This document shows, in pieces, positions 11,979-24,600 of a stretch of DNA of 64,000 nucleotides. Origin of the DNA: Haliotis rubra (taxonomy: Eukaryota); contig NW_025767157.1 of NCBI RefSeq assembly GCF_003918875.1, positions 1,488,001-1,552,000 on the forward strand, in the 5' to 3' direction. A program made the translations under genes and the position numbers. Position 1 is the first letter of the stretch; the number at the start of each line of letters is the position of its first letter. The notes beneath the pieces were generated by a model, which worked only from the letters and a program-made list of their open reading frames with translations, was not told where the DNA came from and did not search any database.

Positions 11979-14900
11979 CGGGGATGTGAGCACTGATTAA
12001 AAAAAAGAGAGGAAAATAATCTGCAGCAGAAAGTGTGGCCATGCCAACCCCTTAGGGTTTGCATTTGCTAGGGTGGTAAGCCCCCAGAAAATGTTAAAAT
12101 CAAAACTACATTTCCTGCAATTTGGTGCATTTCCTCATTATATTTTACCTTATTTTACCTTATCTTTACCCTCAAAATATCTACCTCTTTTGGATGTCTT
12201 TCTTTGGTTGATAACAAATTTGATAATAACTGTCAACAAACATCAATCCAAGCATTTGCAATCTTAAAGAAATTTAATGAGACAAAAGTAGTGCAGATCA
12301 TTTCCTTGCATTATCATTTAAAAGCATTATCAATTTAATAATGTAATCAATTCACAACATCCTGTACATTGTCCTGAAAGTGTCACTAAACTAATCAGCC
12401 TTCTGTGTCTCTATGTTCACAGTTCAGAGATTAAGATTTTTCCACTTCGGCAAATCATCAGAATAGACTAATCCAATTTCTTTCTTTTTTCACTAAACTG
12501 TTTCTTCCATGATGCTTCCACTTCTTGTGAAACTGTCTCCTTGTATTTTCTTTTAGATACAGGATTGGCTGGAGGTGCAACAATTCCAAAAGTCTTCTGG
12601 TTTTCTCTGACCTCTCTCTGTCTTGTTTCTTTAGACTCTTGGTTCCGCCTATATGCTGTCTGCAGATTCTTACATAAGAGTGGGTTCACTTTAGAAAATT
12701 TGGGGTCCTTGTCCACAGATGTTTGGCCTCTAGCCATCAGTTCATACTTCACAGTCTGAATGGCACTGTAAGTTTTAATCTTCATGTTGGCTGACGAATC
12801 ATCAAGGATATCACCCATGATGTTGAAACTACTTTCAACCATAGGGCCATGAAAACAGGATATGACACCCTTCACCACAGATGTCAGAAGTGGGTACCGA
12901 CCAGTTTTATGAACCCTGGCCCACCACAAGTCAAGCTTCTCCTCATCACAAGCCAGTGGTCCAGGCAAGTTCTCATCAACAGTATACCCTCTCACTTCCA
13001 TGTCAAGTTCATCCCTGGTTTCTTCAGTGGTGATGTTTGTGGCTAAGGATGGCAGTTGATTCCGATAATGTTGTGTCGTGCAATGTTGCCTCACTACAGG
13101 ATCCAGTGCTGACATTGCCTTCAGCACAGGGTTGTTGATGGGCTACTTGGACAGGATGGCAATGCTGCAGCTGATGAATGCTTCTTTGGCTTTTTCCAGG
13201 AACTGTGAAACAGTCTTGTCACTGCCATACTTTGACAAAACTCCTCTTGTTTTCCATCCAACAAAAATATCTTTCCGTGGCAAGTGGTTTGGCAGGGTCT
13301 GACACTGCAAAGTTGACCAGCTTCTTTGGTGTGATTCCCTTCAGAACCTCTGATTTGATGAAATTTGAGAGGAACCTTGTTACCAACTGTTTCTGCTCGT
13401 CATGCAGCTTGTCTACTGTGGTGTCCTTTGACCGGAACATGACAACATACTTCTTCAGTTGTCCCAGCACTGCTGTGTAGAACTGAAAAGCAAATAAAGA
13501 AAACTTAAATATAATCTAAAAGTTTAAAACATAAATGACTCATTACTGCCGGAAATATTAAGATGCAAACTGGTAAATACAAAGTGATATTACATGTATA
13601 TAATGTGTTTACTAGGCAGCACAACTATACACAAATTATCAATCATACCTGCATGATCAAAAATGTCTTGGTGCTCAGATGGAATAGATTTTCCAGGATT
13701 CTCTGTTTCCTCTCTTTTCCTTCAGTGGTCATGTTCTTTTTGAGGATAGGCTGGAGCAGTTTTTCAACTGCATTTTGATCATTTTCATGGCTCACATTGT
13801 ACTTTGCATAGATATAATTGACAATATCCCTGTAGTTGCAGGTCTCAGTTTTGAACAGGAAAGGGAAGAAGAAGAGAGTGTAGGCATCAAATAATCGAAG
13901 TGTGTCTACACAAACATTATATACAGATAACCACCTGTGAGCGATATATCTCTCGGGCACTGTGTATTTAACATTGCCAAGAATGGCACATATCATCTGT
14001 AAAGCTTCCCTGTGGTCAACAGACCACTTAAAGTCAGAATGGAGGTCACACATCAGTCCTTCAACGTGATATTCGAAAGGCTGGCAGAAACGTTTTGCTG
14101 CATTGTGGGCATGGTGACAGGTATCGCCATCTATGTCCAAAAGATGTGGAGCTCTTTTCGTCCTGATCATCTTTTCTAATCCCTTCTTTGAACCTCTCAT
14201 AACAGCACAAGAGTCCATCAATATAGACATCAAATTTGTCCACGGGATATTGTTTGATACAAACAATTTATCAAGAGCTTCAAATAGTGTTTGACTGTCA
14301 ACTTCGAGAACAGAAAGAGAGTCCAAATGGTGAACAACAACTTTCTGTTGCTCAGTTGAGAAATAGCTGACAATAACTGCCAAAACATGATGGTTATCGG
14401 AACTTGTAGCTTCATCAATGTTCAAGGAACACTTGTGTGTTCTCATGTCATTAACAAGAATTTCCCAGTAAGTATATGCAAGGCCATGGGTCATCTTATA
14501 TGAGGCTGATGTTCTATCCATAGACAGCTGGTCAAGCGCAGACTTGTCAGAAGACAAAGCCTTTGCGAGTGAGATCAACTTTGGAACTTGTGAAAATGAA
14601 AGTGAATTATCAGCTGCAAAGGACAACGACATTGCTTCAGCATTGTGAACGCGATCTTTAACTGGAGTCTTTGCTGCTATAGGTGGTAATGAACTTGAGG
14701 TTTCTGTACTACTGTTGTCTTGTCCTGAAGGAATAGGCTGTTTGAAGATACTAAACACCTTCTGCTGACCTGTAACAGAAAATAAGAAAAAAAAATTAAT
14801 GAAAATGAAGGGTTGAATTATTTGAGCTATAAGTTAACTTTTGCAGTAGTAAATATATGGGAATAGTAGGATAAATACATGTACCATAATTAACTATATA

Positions 14901-16283
14901 TTGTGTCTAATAATTCTTATAATTTGACAAAGAAATTCCAGTTGAAGATTATGTCTATTTACTGCCATCAAAATTAAAACATGCTTACAAAAAAAAATCA
15001 GACATTTAATTCATGCATGTATGTAGCTACAAACTTATAAGTTACACAAGCACAGTGGTTAGTGTAGGTACAGAACTTTAAATTGTTGTTTTAGGTGATT
15101 TACCTAACTATACTAACAATTGTCCATAGACATTATAAACAGTAAAGCAATAATCATGATAATCAAGACAATACAAAAATAGTGTGGATATAATCATAAT
15201 ATGAAGTGTTCTTGAGCGTGTCAAGGATGAGTAGAAAGGCAATGTTAAAGTCTAAAAGATGATTAATAATGAATAATAATTTGAGAAAAAGCCACAACCA
15301 TCAACAAATAAACATATATATTACCATCACCTATATATAAATATATGTATAAATATGATTACATAAGAGGCTAAGCTATATATCAATGTATATAAAAAGC
15401 TTACATGATTACATGAGCTAAGGTATATAAAATACTTACTAAGACATGCATCAGTTTATCACTGCAAAGTGGATGAAAATAAAACAAAACATGCATTATA
15501 TATACCTAAATACTACAATCCAACACTTGCCAGGGATAGTTACGGTTCTCATTTTCATATATAAAATATTACTTTATTGAACATGCTACATACATAATAT
15601 TAAACAGAAGTTTAGGCACAAGACAAATATTTAATTATCTCAATTTGCTTCCCATGTTTCTCGTCTGCATCTTAATTATTTTATGCTAAATTAACATGAT
15701 ACAGAGATTACGCGAATTATTATCAATTATAAAATACAGTTTAACTAATCAAATTATGTATGTACCTGGTAATGCATAATTTGTCTTCTGAATGAGAACC
15801 AGCTCCTTGTGTTTCGATCCAGCATATTGATCTTCGAGTGCGACACACCCACGCTTCCCATAATTTATTTCCTTTCTACAAATCTTACAATATGCAAAGC
15901 CAGGTTTATCAATCTTGTCAATCACAACACTAAGTTGTGTTTTTATCTACATTTTTCCAGCCAACCCCTGTTAGGGACTTTTAACTCCCTTATCGATTTT
16001 CGTGACATCGGACTTCCATTCAACTGTCGCCATGTTTGTCCTTTGTTTACGCTGAGCTCCCAACCTCGCGTACTACCAACAGTGCTATGAGATACGCCTA
16101 TAGGGCCTGTATGGGCTCTGGGGAAAATCAGGATCACTTCGAGGCAAGATCAAATCCGGACAATTCGCGAGATCGCGATGTGAAAATATTTGTTTGCTAT
16201 TTGAGAAAAAATCACAGAAGTGATATTTTTAAGCGAAAATTAATTTGGAAAACGCGAATTTTCCCGGAAATTTCACATCCCTG
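11979..16283 (-). mobile_element. hAT DNA transposon
   Basis: TIRs cggggatgtga (11979-11989) and tcacatccctg (16273-16283; reverse complement CAGGGATGTGA, Ac-like). Encloses a hAT transposase; DIRS gag resumes on both sides. Confidence 0.85.
12468..16033 (-). pseudogene. hAT transposase, three exons, disrupted
   Basis: Exon 1 ~16033-15766 has a BED-like finger (AYCKICRKEINYGKRG...SKH). Exon 2 14769-13649 has NIDEATS, LMDSCAVM, CHHAH and HRW. Exon 3 13482-12468 has the dimerisation domain LDLWWARV...YPLL...VESSFNIMG. Frameshifts/stops near 15970 and 13250-13140. Confidence 0.85.
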
Positions 16284-19200
16284 CTCTTCACGAGTTCAGG
16301 CAAATCGAGACCCGGGCGTGTCCCCACCAGGAGGGATCCATCCGTCCTGCACCAGGGAAGGCAAGATGAGTCCAGCCCGCCCGGCGAAGCGGAAGTCAGA
16401 TGAGTCCAGTGACTGGTGGGTACAGCGGCTTTGGGAATGAACTCGGCAATATGCTGCCGAACCTCCCGGAGAGCCGTCAAGAAATGGAAAGTGCCCTCCG
16501 GCTCCTCGACCTCCCCAACGTCCATAGACTCGGCACCCGAGCCCGAGTCAGAATCCAGGTCTCCTCGCGAAGAGGATCCGAACCCTGACCCGGTGGGAGG
16601 CCGAGCCCCAGACACCGAGGGAAGGGAAGAGCCCAAGGAACTACCCGCTCCGGCAACCGACAAAATACTCGAAACCCCGGTCCTGAGACACGGGAGGAAG
16701 ACCGGGCAGAACCGGCTCATCCGCTCTCATGGGGCAGGGCGGAGGGGCGCAGGGAGCAGAACCCCAGGAATCCTCAACAGACCCTGCGCCAACACCGCGA
16801 GGGGGACTGGGAGCAAACCCTCCCCTCCGGGATAGCCGAGGCGTCCGGACCCGAAGCCAGAGGCAACGGATCGACAGACGCCTCCAGGCTAAGGGATTGA
16901 GCCGTGCTCGGCGATCCCACCCCCGGAGTCTCTGTCCCCTGCTCAGAGTGGGCGAGGAACTCCTGACGGAGACCTCCAACAGACTCGTGAACAAGGGACT
17001 TCACTGAGTCCATATGCTGCTGGAAAAGTTGTGTAATTAAAGACATATCAAAACCACTGTGTGACTGAGGTTTCTTAGCCAGCTTAGATTTTTTAGCTTT
17101 AGACGGGGGGACCTCTTGGGTCAGGTCCCCTCCCGCCTCTCGCAACTCTTTGTAGAAGAGAAAATCCGCGGCCCTCCGTTTCTGGGCCCGGGGGGAGAAG
17201 GCCATGCAAAGTTCACAAATATCAGGGTTGTGGCCGACTTTCTCGAGACAGCACAAGCACTTGTCGTGCTTATCGGCTCTGGGGATGTTCTGCCTGCAGA
17301 CAGAACACCCAGTAAATGCCTGAAAGCAAACACGCAAGCATGTAGCTAACAGCGGAGCCAGCAGCATAAATAAACACGTACAAAACATTGAAAATTACGT
17401 GAATGTGACCGCGGGAAGAAATACTTGGCTAATAACGCACAATACCACTGGCAGCTACGCTAAACTTCCCGCCATGGAAAAGCAACACGTGCGTAAACCA
17501 CGGGAAAGCTAGCGTAAAGTTTAATACAAAGTCACATTAATGAGAAATAACAGACTGCAAAAGTCTTATAATACTGTTCTGTCAAGAACAAATAAAGACC
17601 ATACATACAGTTGAAGTCTCAGACATTATTCTTTATACAAGAGGTATTCAGCAAGGCAACTCGAAACACGTCTGAACGGTTGAGTGACAGCAGAAGGAAT
17701 GATGATACGGGCCTAGGTGCTTACCTGGTTGGCTGTGCATGCGTAGCAGGGAGGTAACTCCACGTGGTGGGGGCCGTATAATAGATAAAGATTTTATTTA
17801 TTGTACAATATTTTTATTAAAACATTGATACAACTGTCACAGGACATTTTCAGCCGCAGAAAATGCAATTATGTACCCCAAGGACTATCTATTTGAAAAA
17901 GAACGTCAAATATTTTTCAACAAAACTTGGTAGATATATCAAACAGATCCTTAAGTGGTGCCTTTTGCTATTTGCAGATTTTTGGCATTTTTATTTTTCC
18001 CTGTTTCCATGGAAACGATTCGGACTTAGTCCCAAAAGGGAGGAGTGGGTTTCGTTTACGGAGCACAACTGGAAAACTTCTTAATATCTTTCAGCAAAAC
18101 TTGGCAGATATGTGAGGCAGATGCCAAAGTGGTGCCTTTTGCTATTTAGCAAATGTTTGGCATATTTATTTTTCCCGTTTTCCATGGAAACGATTAGGAC
18201 TTAGTCCCAAAAGGGAGGGGTGGGCTTCATTTCCGGAGCACAACTCGAAAAGCGTTCAGTATCTTTCAACAGGTCTTGGCAGATATATTAGGCAAATTTT
18301 GAAATGGTGCTTTTGCTATTTACAGATTTTTGGCATTTATATTTCTCATGATTTCCATGGAAACGATTTGGACTTAGTTAATAAAAAAAGTCAAGCTGGA
18401 CTTTAAGTAACTGTCAGATGATTTGTTCTTTCAAAGATGTGGGGCTGGGGGGATATGTCATCTTCTGATGACTCTGGTATGAAATGCTGGTCAACAATAA
18501 GATCCTGGCCATGGTCAAAAGTCACTGGCCACAGACTGTCTGTGCTATCAAGATGCACAGGTCTAGGAATCTATAGGCCTGGCTTAGGACGAGTCGGGAG
18601 ATGATCGGATAATGAGTTTACCATGGGAAACAGCTATGAACAATGTTTTCAGTCTTTTCCCAAAATTATAAAAAGGACATTTAAATTTAGGCTGCGACAT
18701 GCTGTCAGTCATATACAGATTATAAAAAAAAATATGAAGTTCTATAGAAATGGACGTGCTGTTACATGTTCATGTGCGCAGTCTTGCTTTAAGCAACAAT
18801 AAAATTGTATGACAAGTTTTAGCTCCTTTACTAAATGCAGGAATGTATGTACATTTAAAACACAAGCTGTACTCATAGTCACCCAGTTACAATTGCCAGA
18901 TGATTCAATCTACACTAACAGCTCCCATTGAAAACTACTTGTAAAACAACTGATTCTGATTTGGTGACCTACTCTCAGTGAGTAGCACATGCCATATACT
19001 ACCTTGGGATGTGATATTTTGTTACTGTGCTTTATATGAAGCTATTTTGATGTGACTTCAAATATACATGTACAAGATGTTTCCTGTGACTTAATCTGCA
19101 AATTGCTGCCGCTGAAGTTGTCCAGGAACTGATGATCACCTTTCCCACCAGATAGGAGTAAAGGGGCTGACTCTGTAGTAGAATGAAATGTAGTTGATGT

Positions 19201-19676
19201 AAGCCTTATTGAAGGAAAGGTTTCAACATTCATGGAGGTCAAGTCTCAGGACCGGTTAGTCTTTTCACCATCTTTTTGTACTAGGTAAGCCTCTGTTTGC
19301 TTCACAGTTATGGCTTATCCTGATGATTTTAATCATAAATCATGTGATTGGTTGAAATTGAGACTCAAGGTCTTTCTACCAGCAGCACCTGCAAGTTTCC
19401 TTTCAAGATACTAGTAGCTGGCAACTATGATTGGAATGCGTGGACACATAATACCTCATTCTCTTCCCACAGAGGTGCTTAATGAATTTGTTTTGTGTGA
19501 GTTGCGAGTGAGTTGTCTTGCACTGGGCATTAAAGATATACTGGTATTCAGAGCATTACATGTAAAAGATGAGCATAGATAATGGTTCAGTCAACTGAGA
19601 CCTGATAGTCAAATTGTTTGTTTGTGGTAATAGCTTGGGGAATTCAGGGAAGGGAAGGGAAGTGAATTAATTAGGA

Positions 19677-20178
19677 GATAAACATCATGTGTTTGCGAAT
19701 TTCCGGGTGTTATTGAGTATATGAAGCACGGGAATTCATTTGGAACCGACGGCATCAGCCGGAGGTTTCAAATGAAATATTCCGTGCTTCAAATACTCAA
19801 TAACACCCGGAAATTCGCTAAACACATGATGTTTATCGACATTGTATAAACTAAAAGTAAACCGAAAGGTCCACACACGTTTTTGTTTCTGCACTCATTG
19901 ACATCGAAAGTACGCGGGTACAGCAATGAAATGTCATCAGCCGTCCGTTTCGGCTGTCTCCCATGGTAGCATCTGGAACTGCTCATTTGTGACGTCATTC
20001 GGACTTTACGTCACAATATGATTTTAATGACGTCATCACAGCTGACGACGTAACAATACAATGGTGTGAGCGATGTTTGTATGTATTAATACGCAGAGAA
20101 TTTCCGAGAATCAAATACCATTTGATCACGTTTTTCAACCAATCAGATTGAAGAACACAGTGACTTTTGGTTTACAAT
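19677..20178. mobile_element. Non-coding element with a 161-bp palindrome and a second inverted-repeat pair
   Basis: 19677-19837 folds with ~70-bp arms. attgtataaactaaaagt (19841) pairs imperfectly with acttttggtttacaat (to 20178). Class uncertain (possibly non-autonomous Crypton-like). Confidence 0.55.
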
Positions 20179-21697
20179 CCCCATTTTTTGCATGTACTGT
20201 GAAGATCTTTGTATTTGTTACTGTTTACTATTGATATTTATACGGTCTCAATTTTGAGATTGGGACAAATATTGTCATCTTAACTATTGAAACAATTTTA
20301 CTGTGCGACCTTGACTTAAAATGTCAGCCAATCACAAGCAAGCAAAGCAGTGTGCAGACATGTAGAATGGTGATGTGGCTTCATTAATATGCAGTCCATT
20401 GAACTCTGGGATCTGTTATGAGCTCAGTCTTGAAGAAATACAAATAAATCCTAACATATCAGTTTGAAAGTGTTTACTTCAAAACGCATACATATTAATA
20501 TATACACAAGTAAAAATACATTTTTACACTAAAAATTCTTCACAGGTGTGAGAGAAGAATAGTGATATCTGGTTGGAATCACTGACAAGCAGTCATTACT
20601 TTGATAAATAAAGGCTAACATTGATCAATAGATTATTTGTGCCTGTATGCACAATGGTGGCAGAACAAAACTGCTTGCTCATATATTAAGATATTTGATC
20701 ACATTTCTTGATGACCATGAAATCCAATATTGTCATTGGAGGGGAAGTACAGTACAGTGCTATTTTAATTCTGTAAACTTTTGAATATTTTTTCAGTAGG
20801 ACTGGTGTTTATTTAAGAAACAATTCCCTGGTGTTCTAAAGCTATGCTACTGACCAAGCATGACTGATCAATAAATAATATCAGATCACACACAAAACCA
20901 ATGTCTCTTCAACAAGAAGGCATGGCAGTATTGACAAACATCTAATATCAACCTCTGTACATGAACATTGCTGTAGTAAGCATTACAACCAACTGATGAG
21001 ACTAAACTCTTATGACTGATCATTTCATGTAAGCACATACAGACTCAACACAAAGCTTCCTTCAGTATTCATTGGGCACAGTTAGATTGTACACAGAACA
21101 GTATGAACATGTGTTCCATGGAATATAAACTAGAATATTAATAAGCATTGACATAAATCAGTGTAATACCCTAAACTGGACAAAATAAGACCTAAAAATA
21201 GACTCAAATGTGCAGAGCATAACTTAAAAGAACCAATTAGATAACATAAAATGGATTACATGAAAGATGTCTCAGAAATGTAAAAAAGGAACAAAACATG
21301 ATCGTAATGTGGAAAAGCAGTTTTGAATAATGACATTGTGAACGACCTATTTAGTTAACTGACAGTTTTATACACTGGGAACAGTTTTGTAGTCTTTACT
21401 TCTGTAACCTGACACTTTCAGGATCCTTCCTACCCAGAAGTTGAGACGGTAGTTTATGAAACTTTCCAAAGTGAATTAAAAATGTAGTTTGGAATCAAAC
21501 ATTACAATAAGGGCATGTTACAATAAGCCACCACTGTGCCAACAACACTTTTATCTTGTATGTTCGTGTTTCCATGACAAGCTACATTCAAGTTTGTCCT
21601 TGATCACATAACAGCTGTCATCACCAAGGGTTTGGCTATAGAGGGAGCTTGCCTCAAGCAATAGCTCTCTTGTATCATTCCATAGAGTCTGTCAGTC

Positions 21698-24600
21698 TCA
21701 CTGTCTCTTCAGATTATTTAACCTTGCTTCAAGATCAGCATCTGCAGCACTGACATCGGCGGCAGCAGCAGCTTGTGGTTGTTTGGAGGCTCCAGCGGAA
21801 AGAGTCTGGTTAGCAGTTGGCAGACCTACAGAACAAGACACATTGATGATCCTCAAAAATATATTAAGCTGTCAGCTGTCCAAAATTACAATTAGTACAG
21901 TGAAAGACTATTGTCTTGAGTGAGTTTAGTTTTACGCTGCTTTTAGCAATATTTCAGCAATATCAAGGGGGGGACACCAGAAACTGGAAACACACATGTA
22001 CCCATGTGGGGAATCGAATCCAATCTTCGGGGTGACGAGCAAACACTTTAACCACGAGGCCACCCCACCACCCCTGTTGTCTTGAAGTTGAAGGGACCTC
22101 CCTAAACACCTCAAGATATCAGCAGCAGTTCAACACAAATGTAAACTGATGACAAAACAAGAAATACACAGGGACCCAGCCTTACTTCAAGACAACCATG
22201 AGTTCGACACAACAGTGTTTGTGACTGTACTTTGTTAAAATCTCCTGTAGGGACATCAAAGCGTAATGATTCTAATCGTCTACACCACAATACCACCATG
22301 TGATTCGCTTGTATTACTTAGTTTCATTTCTACTACAGCAACTCAGCTTCGGATAATATTAGTGAACAGTCTTGTAAGGACAACTGCCACACTTCAAACA
22401 TAAATAGACTTCGTACTGGTCAATAAACAAGACATGACCGTTGCTAAATACCCTCTGTGTCTTTGAAAATTTAATTCTTATGAAAATTAGACTTCTTGCT
22501 GATTGACATATTGCATGAGTTAAGGAAGAAATACTATTTTCATATTTAGTTGCACACTTGTAACAAATATGAAAATTTCGTGAAGGATGGCAGTCCTCAA
22601 GATCCCAGCTCATCACAACAACCTGCAATACGACATGTCTGTTTGTTGTGTAACACCACATTCAGATATATTCTAGCTAGTTTGAGTGTGTACAACACAA
22701 TCTAGTGACTGACATCATGAACATTGACCTGCGCAATTGGATTATGAGGACGTATCAACAACATCAAGTCTGACCTGCTGATCCTATTACTTCAAGTAAC
22801 AAGCTATAAATTTCAACCAGATATTCACTGGGCTACAATGTGATATTGTATGGCAATCCATAGGCTGACACTTATTGTACAAACATCAATCCAAAGTGTT
22901 ATGGTACATGTAACCTAGGACCACCTCCGTGGTGTAGTGGTTAGAGAGTCAGCCCGGAGAGTGCAAGGTCGCGGGTTCGACCCCTGACCGTGTCATACCA
23001 AAAGATGTTAAAATATGGTACTTGTTGGTCCCTGCCTGGTGCTCAGCATTAATGGATACAACAAGGACTGGTCAGCTGGGAGTCAGTATAATGCGTCAGA
23101 GTGGAGTATTCATGCTTCACTACGGCATGGTATCTCAGTGGGCTACCACTATAAAACCAGCTTAAGTCTGGGCTAGTACAAGCAGCCGCACATACACATA
23201 CACACGCATGCACGTCGTCATATGAGCGAAATATTCTCAAGCACAACGTTAAACCCAATTTCACCTCACCTCACCTCACCTCACCTCACATGTAACCTAA
23301 GGCGGTTCCTGCAGTATGATTCACGGGCAACAGCAACTATGGAGACTTGCCCTCATAATTTCAAGTGTAGTTGCCCTCATAATTTCTCACGGTGAGAGTA
23401 AGTGTTGTTATCTGCTGCAGTATGTTATGTTCAAGCTCAGTCATGGTTGCATAGATACCAAAAGCAGAGGTTCCTGGAAACCAGTTCTCCTAATATCTCC
23501 ATGGGAAACATCTCTTGGGTATCAGACAACATGAAATATGTCATATTTGTGCATTAACCCTTCACAACTTTCAGGATATTTGGTGTTTATCTTACCTGAC
23601 AATTCATCTGCCATCTGTAAGCCGAGTTCATCCAAAACTTGAGACACAATAGCATCACTACAATAAAACAATGTCACATCATTAGTTTCCATAACAACCT
23701 AGATTAGGGTCCAATCCAGGATTCAAACCCACACTCAGAGTCAGAGTAAGTCATCAGCACAGAAAGTCAGTTCAGCCATCCCAGTCAGCCACAATGTTCC
23801 ACAAACAATGAAATCCAACAACTTGTCAAGATAAAAAAGCTAGTTATTATTTCTCTTCAGAAAGAAATCATTTACAATTTATGAAATGTGAACGCAATCT
23901 GTTGTGCTACTCTTAAAAATTTAAAGTTTCAAAGACAGCTTGTCTGATGTTTTTATCCAAAACAGTGATCACCTTACTAAACACAACACAGCAATGGTAC
24001 CATAAACACTGAACAATCCTCTCAGAATTCACATCCTACAGAATGTATCAATATTGCTAACACAGCATGACACTTAGTATGCCTGACAGCATAAAACTTG
24101 GCACAATCACATTAGATTCTGTTCTATCAAACAGAAAGTCATAATTTTCATGTTAGTCATGAAAATCCATTACCAAAAAGCTTGTAACCAATATGTTTCT
24201 GGTGAAATTTGATTGTTGCATTTTTATTTAGCACTACTTACCTCTCTTCTTCATCCTCCTCATCTCCAAGGGCATCGTCAATGGCATCACTCATCATCTC
24301 CTCCTTCATGTCCATGATCTCAGACTGCTTCTCAAACTCCATCATAATCTTCTGAATCTGGGGCAGCTTCAGCTACAACCACATCATCAATATTCACATG
24401 ACCGACCTTGTCTCAGTCTAGGATACTTCAACATATGATAGATCCAAACATGATGTCATTGCCCTGTTAGAGTAAAAACTGGTTCACAACATTTACCCAA
24501 CACATTTATTTACTCACACATTCATATTACAAGTGCCTGTCTCAGTTATTTCAAAGCTAACTTCTTCAGATCTAAAACATTTAGCCAAGGAAACCACATG

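Larger units (their letters stand above)
10791..17903 (-). mobile_element. DIRS1-type tyrosine-recombinase retrotransposon, family 1 copy A: gag-only derivative interrupted by a hAT
   Basis: Inverted terminal repeats 17688-17903 and 10791-11034. Internal complementary region (ICR) ~11085-11154. Cys-rich gag (CSVC...HDKCLCCL...H..DICELC) at 17319-16284, continuing 11978-11400. No TSD. Homologous to 36664-41460. Confidence 0.92.
10690..18478 (+). mobile_element. Helentron-associated non-autonomous element (HINE family X), split by a DIRS insertion into 10690-10790 and 17904-18478
   Basis: 5' subTIR, (GTCC)n microsatellite, ~175-bp internal tandem units and a 3' hairpin. The joined halves (actcaaaaac|cgtcaaatat) match the intact copy at 42643-43127 (actcgaaaac cgttcaatat). 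Confidence 0.85.

Noticed and set aside
16036-17349. Several overlapping plus-strand ORFs
   Set aside because: Antisense shadows of the GC-rich DIRS gag on the minus strand.
22918-22990. tRNA genes at the SINE heads (also 2321, 9908, 33336, 44639, 62635 and the fragment near 495-560)
   Set aside because: A and B boxes are present but they run into SINE body and tail, often with TSDs; no complete cloverleaf.
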